From Bacteroidota bacterium (GTDB taxonomy: Bacteria > Bacteroidota > Bacteroidia > Bacteroidales > B39-G9): a stretch of DNA of 64,000 bases. This document shows positions 1 to 9,431 of the stretch, piece after piece. A program made the position numbers and the translations under genes. How positions within the stretch are numbered: position 1 is the stretch's first letter; the number at the start of each line of letters is the position of its first letter. The notes beneath the pieces are model-generated. The model did no database searches. It had not been told where the DNA came from and saw only the letters and a program-made list of their open reading frames with translations. The stretch lies in NCBI GenBank assembly GCA_015222055.1, contig JADFUR010000113.1, positions 41 through 64,040 of the forward strand. Reading direction: 5' to 3'.

Positions 1-362
1 TAAAAAAGACATATTTCATTCCCGGCAACACCATTCTCAAAAACCAAATAGATGTTGTTATGACGTATAGTAATGATATTGCTTTAATATTATTTTTTAA
101 TAAACTTTTGTTTATCATTGTTCAAATTTCTTATCAAATATAGTCAAAGAGTTTTGCTATATAAATGGTTTTTTTATATCAATAGCCTTTACAAAAATAT
201 ATAAAAAAAGAATATCAATTATAAAGAAAGCTATACTATATTCTGGAAATTTAATACAAAGATAAACGAATATTAAGCCAACAACATTTAACAGTATTCA
301 ATATTTTATAGAGTTGCATATTTTTTTCATCTGATTAATAATTAATTATGAAGTTCGAAATA

Positions 363-2246
363 TCAGTTAGTTAATACTTCATTCTTACTTTTTACTAAAG
401 ACCTTGTAAAGAAAGGAATTATTGATAAAATTGTAAAAATTGGTACTGAAAAATGTGAATTTCCACTTACAAAAACAAAGAAAAATGCAACTATATACAA
501 AATAAAAAAAATTCCATGATATTTTCTGTATTTCCAATAATACCAAAAAGTAAGTATTAAAAAATATATATAGAAAAGACCTCCAATAATTCCGGAATAA
601 AGAAATGAAGATAAAATCGGACTATGAGGATAGTCTACAGATTGTTTATCTTTTATTTCTTTTAATGTTAAATTTCGATGCTTAAATTTTTTGTCAAATA
701 GATACATATAATCAAAACCGTTGCCAAATAATTTTTGTGTAAGGGTATAATTTTTGAATAACTCAAAAGCATATTGCCAACGGAAAGTGCGAAGTGAAGT
801 TAAATTATTATTTCCTTTATTAAATTCAAATGTTTTTATTTGATCAATATACCTTCGCCTTTTTAAAGTATCATTACATGTTAATTCCACATTAGCAAAA
901 TCTATTGTTGTGTTTGGTTTCTGTGAATTCAAAAACATTGGAGGATTCTCAATATGATCTTCTTTAAATGTATATGAACAGATACATTCGTTCCACTCAT
1001 CATTTATTTTATTTATTTTTTTCGGAAGGTTATTTAAATACTTACCGTTTTCCTTTATCCACCAGCCAATATAAAATGGAGTTCCTTTACCTTTTGCTAT
1101 TCTATATTTAAATCTAAATTTATAATTTACATCTTTATAATAATGAATTTTTCGACCTTCATATGCTAAAGACCACCAACTATAACCATTATATCTATGT
1201 ATTCGAATTGCATTTCCATATTTTGTAGCAATAATTTTATGAGAAATTGAGTCTTTTCCAATTTTCTTCCAAAATTTAAGACCATATTCAAAATTTCCAT
1301 TATACAATAAATTTATAGAATCTTTATGATATTTTGAATAATCGTTCCAAAGTTTAGAATATAATGATTGATGAGAAATGTTTGGGAAAAAAAAAGTAGT
1401 GTATTTATAAATATCATTAGTGATATTTATTTGATTTTCTTTTTCACTAATTATGTTAGAGCGGAAAGGAAATAAAAATAGAATAACTAAAAATAAAAAA
1501 TAAAATATTGAGCTGTTAATAATCAAATTCTTACAGAATATATTTTTCTTTTTTTTCATATTTATAAAAAGAAAAATAGTTCCTACAATAAGCATTATAC
1601 ATAGAACAAAAACCCCCCGGCGGGATTGTGATAATAAAACATTTGTAAAGAAAACGGCTATTATTAATTGACTAATTATTAAATTAGGTTTTAATTTATG
1701 TTTTTTTAAAGCATAGTAAAATAACAATATTGATATTACAAAATGTAATGCATAAAAATTATAATCAGAAACTAATGATATTCCAAAAGAGTTGAAAGAT
1801 TTAAAAATACTCAAGTTCCACTGAAAAGTAAAATTCGACCATTTAATTATAGCAAATATTCCAATAAAAAATGTTAATAATACCCATGTCTTTAAAAAGC
1901 ATCTGAAATATTTATGATTATAAAATCTAAAAAAGACATACCCCAAAGACGCAATTATTGTAAAATTAATTACATCTTTTATTGGAAATAAAACTAGTTC
2001 TTTCGAAAATATTATTCCTATTATTATAAAAAAAATAAGTATAACAAACTCCTTAATTGTTAAAAGATAAAGGGGAAATTGTTTTTTTTCTTTACTTTTC
2101 CATAAATAATAAAGGCTAACTAATATTAAAAATCCAAATGAAACAATGAATAAATATTTAATAGGCTCAAATATTGATCTGAAAATATATAATATTAATG
2201 TTAAACTCAAAAAAGCAGATATAAACTTATCATTTAATATTCTCAC
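363..2246 (-). CDS. O-antigen ligase/polymerase-like (Wzy_C-type) polytopic membrane protein with enlarged soluble loop
   Basis: 627-aa ORF. About 9 hydrophobic helices in aa 1-260, including an 'LLSQSRRGVFVL' motif, and 2-3 more after aa 540. 'DYPHSPILSSFLYSGIIGG' resembles the conserved His loop of O-antigen ligase family proteins. Aa 262-540 is hydrophilic. Last gene of the co-directional glycan locus. Confidence 0.6.
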   Translation of the reverse strand: MRILNDKFISAFLSLTLILYIFRSIFEPIKYLFIVSFGFLILVSLYYLWKSKEKKQFPLYLLTIKEFVILIFFIIIGIIFSKELVLFPIKDVINFTIIASLGYVFFRFYNHKYFRCFLKTWVLLTFFIGIFAIIKWSNFTFQWNLSIFKSFNSFGISLVSDYNFYALHFVISILLFYYALKKHKLKPNLIISQLIIAVFFTNVLLSQSRRGVFVLCIMLIVGTIFLFINMKKKKNIFCKNLIINSSIFYFLFLVILFLFPFRSNIISEKENQINITNDIYKYTTFFFPNISHQSLYSKLWNDYSKYHKDSINLLYNGNFEYGLKFWKKIGKDSISHKIIATKYGNAIRIHRYNGYSWWSLAYEGRKIHYYKDVNYKFRFKYRIAKGKGTPFYIGWWIKENGKYLNNLPKKINKINDEWNECICSYTFKEDHIENPPMFLNSQKPNTTIDFANVELTCNDTLKRRRYIDQIKTFEFNKGNNNLTSLRTFRWQYAFELFKNYTLTQKLFGNGFDYMYLFDKKFKHRNLTLKEIKDKQSVDYPHSPILSSFLYSGIIGGLFYIYFLILTFWYYWKYRKYHGIFFILYIVAFFFVFVSGNSHFSVPIFTILSIIPFFTRSLVKSKNEVLTN

Positions 2247-2386
2247 GGATACATTTTTATTAATTAATTCAATTTATATACACTTAATAAGATACTAAAC
2301 ATTTCAGCAATAGCAACTTCAACAGGACTTAATTTTATTAAATTTTGAAATAAAAAAATAGTTATTATCGTCATTGTCCCCAATAA

Positions 2387-3535
2387 TTAATATTTTCGAT
2401 ATACCATTTTATTAATTACTTCAGTATAACTTTGTATAAGTTTCACCACCTTAGTAGAAACATTCTCATCAACATAATTAGGGACATTCAATGGAAAATC
2501 TCCATTCTCTTGCATAGACACAGCAGTATCAACAGCCTGCAAAACTTGATTTTTAGTAATGCCTGCTAAAATAAACACACCTTTATCTAAAGCCTCCGGA
2601 CGTTCAGTAGATGTACGAATACATACAGCTGGAATAGGCATACCCTTAGAATTAAAAAATGCACTCTCCTCAGGAAGAGTTCCACTATCAGAAACAACAC
2701 AAAAAGCGTTAAGTTGTAAATTATTATAATCATGGAAACCAAGAGGCTGATGTTGAATCACTCTCTTATCAAACTCAAAACCACGTTTCTCAATAAATTT
2801 TTTTGAACGGGGATGACAAGAATACAAAATAGGCATATCGTATTTTTCTGCCATAGCATTTACAGCATTCATTAGATTAAAGAAATTCTTTTCAGTATCA
2901 ATATTTTCTTCCCTATGAGCAGAAAGTAAAATATATTTACTCTTCTCTAAACCAAGCTTCTTAAGTATATCACTAGCTTTGATTTGTTCCAAATTTGAAG
3001 ACAACACTTCCGCCATAGGAGATCCCGTAACATAAGTACGTTCACGTGCTGTTCCCTCAAAATTCAGATAACGACGAGCATGCTCACTATAGCACATATT
3101 AAGATCAGAAATATGATCAACAATACGACGGTTAGTCTCTTCAGGAAGATTCTCATCAAAACAACGATTACCTGCTTCCATGTGGAAAGTAGGAATATGT
3201 AAACGCTTGGCTGAAATAACAGAAAGACATGAATTCGTATCACCTAACACCATTACAGCATCAGGTTTCTCTTTAACCATTAAATCATAAGACTTAGCTA
3301 GCACATTCCCCATAGTCTCACCTAAATCTTTTCCCACTACATTTAAGTAAAAGTCAGGTTCACGTAATCCCAAATCTTCAAAGAATACTTGATTGAGAGA
3401 ATAATCATAATTTTGACCTGTATGCACAAGTAACTGATCAAAATATTTATCACATTTTTTAATAACAGAAGACAAGCGAATTATTTCAGGTCTTGTCCCT
3501 ATTATTGTCATTATTTTTAATTTACTCATCGTCAT
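2387..3535 (-). CDS. wecB: UDP-N-acetylglucosamine 2-epimerase, non-hydrolysing (FnlC/WbjD/Cap5G type)
   Basis: 382-aa ORF with epimerase_2 hallmarks: 'IMTIIGTRPEIIRLS', 'HTGQNYD', 'VLGDTNS', 'HMEAGNRCFD', 'SDSGTLPEE'. Lies directly after the FnlA- and FnlB-like genes. Confidence 0.9.
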   Translation of the reverse strand: MTMSKLKIMTIIGTRPEIIRLSSVIKKCDKYFDQLLVHTGQNYDYSLNQVFFEDLGLREPDFYLNVVGKDLGETMGNVLAKSYDLMVKEKPDAVMVLGDTNSCLSVISAKRLHIPTFHMEAGNRCFDENLPEETNRRIVDHISDLNMCYSEHARRYLNFEGTARERTYVTGSPMAEVLSSNLEQIKASDILKKLGLEKSKYILLSAHREENIDTEKNFFNLMNAVNAMAEKYDMPILYSCHPRSKKFIEKRGFEFDKRVIQHQPLGFHDYNNLQLNAFCVVSDSGTLPEESAFFNSKGMPIPAVCIRTSTERPEALDKGVFILAGITKNQVLQAVDTAVSMQENGDFPLNVPNYVDENVSTKVVKLIQSYTEVINKMVYRKY

Positions 3536-3543
3536 ATTATCTT

Positions 3544-4743
3544 TTATTTTTTTATAGGCTCAAAAAAAGTATCTGGTTTCTCTGGATTAAAACACTCATT
3601 ACACCACATTACAGTAACCATATCATTATCCCCTAAGTTCTCAATATTATGCGTATAACCAGTAGGAATATCTATTACCTCTAACTTATCTCCAGAAACA
3701 TAATACTCAATAACATTACCAATAATCTTTACGTTTGATGGCAAAATTTCTGGTACAGTAGGCATAGTACTTTCATTCATAGGTCTAAATCGAATTACAC
3801 CTTTTCCAGAAACAACTAAAAACTTCTCGTTTTTAGTATGATGCCAATGTTCCCCCTTTATAATATTAGGATGAGATACATTTATAGAAATTTGACCTCT
3901 ATCCTTAGACTTTAAGAATTCTGTAAAAGAGCCTCTGTTATCAATGTGACTAATTAAAGGATAAGAAAATTTATCCAAAGGTAAATAACTCAAATAAGTT
4001 GAATAAAGTTTTTTACTAAAGCCATCAGACATATCAGAAACGAAAAATGTTTCACGAGACTCCTTAAACGAATATAACAAATCTACAATTTCTCCTAATG
4101 TTGTATGATATTCGACTGGAACCTTACAATAATTTGCTAATTTATTCTCATTACCTTCGGCAGCATGAATAAGTTCAGTAAGCACATCATCAATATAAAC
4201 AAGATCCATAGGATGTTTACGATCATTCACTTGAATAGAAAGACCATTCGCGATATTATTACAAAAAGTAGCAACAGCACTATTATAATTTGGGCGACAC
4301 CATTTACCAAAAATATTAGGGAAACGGTAAATAAGAACCTTTGCTCCAGTTTCTTTAGAATATTCAAGCATCAAATCTTCACCTGCTTTCTTAGACTTAC
4401 CATAAGGATTATCAATGGCAGCTTGTATAGAAGAAGAAATCATCACTGGACAATTATTCTTGTGTTTTTTTAAGGTATTAAGTAATGTTGTAGCAAAACC
4501 AAAATTACCTTTCATGAAGTCCTCTTGATCCTTAGGACGATTAACACCAGCTAAATTAAATACAAAATCTGCCTTCTTACAATAATTATCTAATAAAGCA
4601 GGATCTGTATCTATATCGTAAGAAAAGATTTCTACATTAGAATCTAATTTAAATGTTTTATCTTTTCCTTCTTTTATATTATTTAATTCAGCCACAAGAT
4701 TGCTTCCCACAAATCCTTTAGCACCTGTTACTAATATTTTCAT
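3544..4743 (-). CDS. fnlB: FnlB/CapF/WbjC-like reductase of the UDP-L-FucNAc pathway (SDR domain + C-terminal cupin)
   Basis: 399 aa. N-terminal Rossmann motif 'MKILVTGAKGFVGSNL'. The C-terminal ~110 aa are cupin-like ('GEHWHHTKNEKFLVVSGKG'), the two-domain layout of CapF/FnlB. Flanked by FnlA- and FnlC-like genes. Confidence 0.8.
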   Translation of the reverse strand: MKILVTGAKGFVGSNLVAELNNIKEGKDKTFKLDSNVEIFSYDIDTDPALLDNYCKKADFVFNLAGVNRPKDQEDFMKGNFGFATTLLNTLKKHKNNCPVMISSSIQAAIDNPYGKSKKAGEDLMLEYSKETGAKVLIYRFPNIFGKWCRPNYNSAVATFCNNIANGLSIQVNDRKHPMDLVYIDDVLTELIHAAEGNENKLANYCKVPVEYHTTLGEIVDLLYSFKESRETFFVSDMSDGFSKKLYSTYLSYLPLDKFSYPLISHIDNRGSFTEFLKSKDRGQISINVSHPNIIKGEHWHHTKNEKFLVVSGKGVIRFRPMNESTMPTVPEILPSNVKIIGNVIEYYVSGDKLEVIDIPTGYTHNIENLGDNDMVTVMWCNECFNPEKPDTFFEPIKK

Positions 4744-4754
4744 ACTATTTATTT

Positions 4755-5771
4755 TTATCCTAAATCTTCTTTAATCATAGAAAGCTTAAAAAGAAGTTCT
4801 TTCATACCTTCAATATCTAAAGCCTTGGTATTATGAGAATGATAATCTTCAATTTTTGAAGTTTTTTCATCCCCTTCAATAAAATATTTATCATAATTCA
4901 AATCACGACTATCACATGGAATACGGAAATAATCACCCATATCTATAGCTTTTGCCATTTCTTCACGAGTTACAAGAGTCTCATAAAGTTTTTCACCATG
5001 ACGTGTACCTATAACTTTCACCTCTGTATCTGCTTGATAAAGTTCTTTTAAAGATTTAGCTAAAACATCAAGTGTAGCAGCCGGAGCTTTCTGTACAAAT
5101 AAATCCCCATTACTTCCATGTTCAAAAGCATATATTACTAAATCCACAGCATCATCAAGAGTCATCATAAATCGACTCATATTAGGATCTGTAATAGTTA
5201 AGATTTCATGTTTCTTTATTTGTTCAATCCATAAAGGAATAACAGAACCACGACTACCCATTACATTACCATAACGAGTACTGCAAATTGTAGTTTTAGC
5301 ATCTTTACCTAAGGCACGACCTTTAGCTGTAGCTACTTTTTCCATCATAGCCTTACTTATACCCATAGCATTAATAGGATATGCTGCTTTATCTGTAGAG
5401 AGTACCACAACATTTTTTACTCCATGGGCAATCGCAGAATCAAGAACATTATTAGTTCCCTCTACATTAGTACGAACAGCCTCCATTGGGAAAAATTCGC
5501 AAGAAGGAACTTGTTTCAAAGCAGCAGCAGAAAATATATAATCTACACCTGCCATAACACCATCAACACTTGAACGGTCACGTACATTTCCAATATAGAA
5601 TTTCACTTTAGAATTTTGAAGCATATGACGCATGTCATCTTGTTTTTTTTCATCACGACTAAAAATTCTAATTTCTTTAATATCTGAATCTAAAAAACGG
5701 TGCAATACTGCGTTTCCAAACGATCCTGTTCCTCCTGTTATTAGAAGCGTTTTATTTTTAAAAATACTCAT
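4755..5771 (-). CDS. fnlA: UDP-N-acetylglucosamine 4,6-dehydratase/5-epimerase (FnlA/CapE/WbjB type)
   Basis: 338 aa. 'LLITGGTGSFGNAVLHRF', 'IRIFSRDEKKQDDM', 'LSTDKAAYPINAMGISKAMMEK' and 'TRYGNVMGSRGSVIPL' closely follow remembered CapE/WbjB sequences. Confidence 0.9.
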   Translation of the reverse strand: MSIFKNKTLLITGGTGSFGNAVLHRFLDSDIKEIRIFSRDEKKQDDMRHMLQNSKVKFYIGNVRDRSSVDGVMAGVDYIFSAAALKQVPSCEFFPMEAVRTNVEGTNNVLDSAIAHGVKNVVVLSTDKAAYPINAMGISKAMMEKVATAKGRALGKDAKTTICSTRYGNVMGSRGSVIPLWIEQIKKHEILTITDPNMSRFMMTLDDAVDLVIYAFEHGSNGDLFVQKAPAATLDVLAKSLKELYQADTEVKVIGTRHGEKLYETLVTREEMAKAIDMGDYFRIPCDSRDLNYDKYFIEGDEKTSKIEDYHSHNTKALDIEGMKELLFKLSMIKEDLG

Positions 5772-5777
5772 TATTTT

Positions 5778-6368
5778 TTAATTTTTAATTATAACTTTTA
5801 ATGTTTTAAATATCAATTTCAAATCAAAGCAAAAAGAAGATTTTTCTATATATTCTTTATTAATTGCCAATTTGTCTTGCATTACAACTTCACGATAAAA
5901 TGTTTCTGGATCATTTGACTTTTCAAGTAATTCATTCTCATTTCGATAACATATAGAAGCCATATCTGTTATTCCTGGTCTCACATCTAAAACATGTAAT
6001 TGCTCTTTAGAATATAAATCAACATATTTACGCACCTCGGGGCGAGGTCCAACAATACTCATATCACCTTTTAAAACATTTATCAATTGAGGCAATTCGT
6101 CTAATTTAAATTTACGAATATAATATCCAGATCTTGTAATACGAGAATCATGTCCTCCTATAGTTATCAGACTCTTTTTATCTGAGCCTATAGCCATTGA
6201 ACGAAATTTATACAATTCAAAATCTTTATTAAATCTCCCTACTCTTATTTGTTTATATAAAACAGAGCCTTTCGAATCTAACTTAATACAAATAAATAAT
6301 ATAAGGAAAAAAGGACTTAATAAAATGATTCCCAGTCCACTTGCTACTATATCAAATATTCTTTTCAT
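5778..6368 (-). CDS. small initiating sugar-phosphate transferase (PglC/WcfS-like bacterial sugar transferase)
   Basis: 196 aa. One N-terminal re-entrant helix ('GIILLSPFFLILFICIKL'), then 'YKFRSM' and 'DELPQLINVLKGDMSIVGPRP', the bacterial sugar transferase signature. Overlaps the upstream aminotransferase gene by 17 nt. Confidence 0.9.
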   Translation of the reverse strand: MKRIFDIVASGLGIILLSPFFLILFICIKLDSKGSVLYKQIRVGRFNKDFELYKFRSMAIGSDKKSLITIGGHDSRITRSGYYIRKFKLDELPQLINVLKGDMSIVGPRPEVRKYVDLYSKEQLHVLDVRPGITDMASICYRNENELLEKSNDPETFYREVVMQDKLAINKEYIEKSSFCFDLKLIFKTLKVIIKN

Positions 6369-7566
6369 CTAAAAGACTTACTACTTCAATAAAATTATCG
6401 ATAATAAAATCAACATTTTCATCTGTTAAACAAGTATGCAAAGGAATAGTAATTTCATTATGAAACATATCATAAGCATTTGGAAAATTCTTAATATCCA
6501 TACCTAAATCTTTATAGGCAGTCATCATTGGAAGAGGTTTATAATGTACATTACAAGCTACCTCTCTTTTAGCCATTTCTATAATCGCTTGATTTCTAAA
6601 TTCTATTGAACGTCCCAACAAACGTAAAATATATAAATGACCACTAGATTGGCTTATTTTTGTCCTATGAGGAAGTACTTGAACATTTAAAGGCTCATAA
6701 GCTTTATCATAACGAGCTATAATTTCTTGGCGACGTTTTAACATTTCAGGATAACGTTTAAACTGAACTAATCCTATTGCAGCCATAATATCTGTCATAT
6801 TATTTTTGTATGCTGGATAAATAATATCATATTCCCATGAACCCAACTTAGTTTTAGCCAAAGCATCCTTGTTTTGTCCATGAAGCGATAATAGTTGAAA
6901 TTTATTATAAAGCCATTCATCATCAATCTTGGCATTTGGTTTCCATGTTATAGCTCCTCCTTCTCCAGTTGTGAAATTTTTAACAGCATGGAAAGAAAAA
7001 CTTGTAAAATCAGCAACTTCCCCACACATTTTTTCTTTTCTTATAGCACCAAGTGCATGAGCCCCATCTGAACTAATTATAACTCTATTAAATAATTTTT
7101 GAATATCATTGGAAGCATGAAATAATTTTTTCTTTTTTTCAACAATTTCATAAATACGATCATAATCACACATAACACCCGCTAAATCCACAGGGATAAT
7201 AACTTTAGTATGTTCGTTAATAAGAGATTCTACCTGATTGTAATCCATTTCCAAAGTATTAGGAGCACAATCAACCATTACAACTTTAGCTCCCACATGA
7301 CAAATTACACTTGCGGAAGATGTATATGTATAGGCTGATACAATAACTTCATCACCAGGTCCAACACCTAAAATACGTAAAATCATTTCCATTGCCGATG
7401 TCGCAGAATTCGTACATACTACTTTTTTAGTATTCACAAAGCCTGCTAATAAATTTTCTAATTTTTTAGTACGTGGACCAGTTGTTATCCAACCAGATCT
7501 TAACGCTTCAGAAACTTCTTTTATTTCTTGCTCACCTACATCAGGTGGAGAAAAAGATATTTTCAT
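6352..7566 (-). CDS. DegT/DnrJ/EryC1/StrS-family sugar aminotransferase (WcfR/PglE-like)
   Basis: 404 aa. 'NSATSAMEMILRILGVGPGDEVI' and the PLP-lysine context 'FSFHAVKNFTTGEGG'. ATGA start/stop overlap with the upstream GNAT gene. Confidence 0.85.
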   Translation of the reverse strand: MKISFSPPDVGEQEIKEVSEALRSGWITTGPRTKKLENLLAGFVNTKKVVCTNSATSAMEMILRILGVGPGDEVIVSAYTYTSSASVICHVGAKVVMVDCAPNTLEMDYNQVESLINEHTKVIIPVDLAGVMCDYDRIYEIVEKKKKLFHASNDIQKLFNRVIISSDGAHALGAIRKEKMCGEVADFTSFSFHAVKNFTTGEGGAITWKPNAKIDDEWLYNKFQLLSLHGQNKDALAKTKLGSWEYDIIYPAYKNNMTDIMAAIGLVQFKRYPEMLKRRQEIIARYDKAYEPLNVQVLPHRTKISQSSGHLYILRLLGRSIEFRNQAIIEMAKREVACNVHYKPLPMMTAYKDLGMDIKNFPNAYDMFHNEITIPLHTCLTDENVDFIIDNFIEVVSLLDEKNI

Positions 7567-8183
7567 AATTTGTTTTTATTTTTATCCAATGTTTTTATCA
7601 ATCGATACATTTTTCTTTTGGGATATGCCATAAAATTTGATAATACATAAAATCCCATTTGTTCATAAAATTTGATTGTCTTATAATTATTATAATAATC
7701 AGTAGTTAATGATAAACAATCAATATCATTTTTTCTTTTAAGAAAATTCTCTGTTTCCAAAATTAGGGTTTTACCATATCCTTTTCCTTGAACTTTTGGA
7801 TTAGTTGCAATAGATAATACCTCTGCATAATTTCCATCATCTTTAGAAGAAGACGATTTTTTTGAAAAATTCTCAAACAAACGAATCAAAGACAATGGTT
7901 TCGTAAATAGTAATAATAAAGCTATACCTGAAAATTTACTAAAATTTTTTTTTACAAGAGATGAATTAAATCCTTTTGATTTATATGCTGTAGCACAAAA
8001 TCCAACAATTTCATTATCCTCATAAATCCCAATTAGCACCCCTTTTTTTGAATTCATAACACAATAATAGTATAAATAAAGAAATCTACTTCCTAATGTT
8101 GTTAAAAAAAAATCTTTAAAAGCTAATTTATGAATTGATACAACCTGCTTCAATTCTTCTTTTTTTATTTTTTTACATATCAT
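7563..8183 (-). CDS. GNAT-family N-acetyltransferase
   Basis: 206 aa. Acetyl-CoA binding motif 'VLSIATNPKVQGKGYGKTLI' and a GNAT-like C-terminal 'FYEQMGF'. Confidence 0.75.
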   Translation of the reverse strand: MICKKIKKEELKQVVSIHKLAFKDFFLTTLGSRFLYLYYYCVMNSKKGVLIGIYEDNEIVGFCATAYKSKGFNSSLVKKNFSKFSGIALLLLFTKPLSLIRLFENFSKKSSSSKDDGNYAEVLSIATNPKVQGKGYGKTLILETENFLKRKNDIDCLSLTTDYYNNYKTIKFYEQMGFYVLSNFMAYPKRKMYRLIKTLDKNKNKL

Positions 8184-8191
8184 ATTTTGAA

Positions 8192-9421
8192 TTATTTAAA
8201 TAAAGCAACTAACTTTTGTGTTAATTTTTTATAATCAAAAAATTCAGCAGTTTTAATATTATTATCTTTAATTGTTTGATATTCATCACTTGTTAATGAA
8301 AGAAGATGAAAAATAGCGTCAGAATATTCCTTCGAAGATTTAAATTCTTTAGCTATTCCTAAATTATATTTATTAATAGGACAATACATCATGCGAATAT
8401 TACAACAAATGGGTTTTCCACTAGCCATATATTGAAACATTTTACTTTGACTACCACCATAATGACCAAAACCTTGTGGTTTATAATTTAATATATTTAC
8501 AGAACTTTGACTTAATATATAAGGGATATATTGAGGATCTACCCACTTTTGACGAAAAGAAACATTCTCTATATTATTTTTTTTACAATAAATCTCTAAT
8601 TTTTCCCTTTCCGAACCATCACCATATATTAAAAATTTTATATTCCTATGCTCTTTAAGATTTTCAGCAGCATCAATTAACATTTTTACATTATTAGCTA
8701 AACGAATAGAGCCAACATAAATAACCCTTTTTATATTAGGTTCTTTTAATACATTATCTTCTAAAATCCATTTAGACTTGTGAAAATTAAAATCTTTTAA
8801 ATCAACTCCATTATTTAAGTAACAAATTTTGGATAAATCAATTCCTTTTTTATCCCATCCTTTATCAATAATATATTGTTTTCCACCTTCCATAGAAAAT
8901 ACTAAATTATCCGCTTTTTTATATAACCATCTTTCCAAAAAGTATGCAATTTTCATAATGGGATTGTTTCTATTCAACATTCCAACTTCAGCAAAAGATT
9001 CTGGCCATAAATCTAACACTTCAACAATATACTGACTTTTCTTTTTTTTAGCTAAATAATAAAGAATATTCCCAAAAGGGACTGTTGCCGTTTGAATAAT
9101 AATATCAGGATTACTAATTTTTTTTGATATTTTCAATAAATTAAAAGAAAAATAGAAAGAACTATAAATCCTTTTTATCTTACTTTCCCCGTAAGATGGA
9201 GCATAAACATGAACAAATTTTAAATCATCATATACTTTTTCTACAAAATTACTTTTATCTTCAATTATATTTTTATTAAAATTATGCATTACACTAGAGG
9301 CAAAAATGGTAACATCATACCCAGCCATATTAAGATAATGTGCAAATTTAATAGTTCTTAATCTCGATTCATATTTAGGTGGTAATGCATATTGATTGAT
9401 TAACCAAACTCTTTTCTTCAT
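8192..9421 (-). CDS. glycosyltransferase family 4, WbuB-like (candidate L-FucNAc transferase)
   Basis: 409 aa. N-terminus 'VWLINQYALPP', typical of WbuB-type GT4 enzymes, and a C-terminal GT-B nucleotide-sugar half ('SKMFQYMASGKPI'). FnlABC genes lie in the same locus. Confidence 0.75.
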   Translation of the reverse strand: MKKRVWLINQYALPPKYESRLRTIKFAHYLNMAGYDVTIFASSVMHNFNKNIIEDKSNFVEKVYDDLKFVHVYAPSYGESKIKRIYSSFYFSFNLLKISKKISNPDIIIQTATVPFGNILYYLAKKKKSQYIVEVLDLWPESFAEVGMLNRNNPIMKIAYFLERWLYKKADNLVFSMEGGKQYIIDKGWDKKGIDLSKICYLNNGVDLKDFNFHKSKWILEDNVLKEPNIKRVIYVGSIRLANNVKMLIDAAENLKEHRNIKFLIYGDGSEREKLEIYCKKNNIENVSFRQKWVDPQYIPYILSQSSVNILNYKPQGFGHYGGSQSKMFQYMASGKPICCNIRMMYCPINKYNLGIAKEFKSSKEYSDAIFHLLSLTSDEYQTIKDNNIKTAEFFDYKKLTQKLVALFK

Positions 9422-9431
9422 TATGTAGCTA

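Noticed and set aside
1-330. Small minus-strand ORFs downstream of the ligase-like gene. One starts at 330 and reads MKKICNSIKY-TGA-ILLNVVGLIFVYLC... with an in-frame TGA. Another is a possible partial ORF from the ATG at 118 that runs off the window start (MINKSLLKNNIKAISLLYV...).
   Set aside because: TGA is clearly used as a stop by neighbouring genes (for example wzx and the ligase-like gene), so recoding is unlikely. The fragments are short, low-complexity and match no recognisable family. The evidence is too thin to call a gene.
4165-4473. 102-aa antisense ORF inside the FnlB-like gene. The same applies to other short antisense or overlapping track ORFs: 8476-8658, 8829-9035, 10604-10795, 11929-12144, 18908-19090, 23467-23676, 23828-24055, 24564-24836, 25160-25441, 25174-25386, 25652-25861, 27439-27636, 29893-30087, 31576-31776, 31655-31840, 34339-34533, 36804-36992, 37585-37776, 38334-38534, 38634-38825, 39780-40007, 40606-40821, 40980-41300, 43590-43823, 46740-46979, 47175-47414, 48803-49003, 49991-50185, 51450-51725, 54677-54958, 56532-56813, 58292-58507 and 58882-59073.
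   Set aside because: All are embedded in, or largely overlap, longer ORFs with clear family signatures. They have low-complexity, Ile/Phe/Leu/Lys-rich translations typical of AT-rich non-coding frames.
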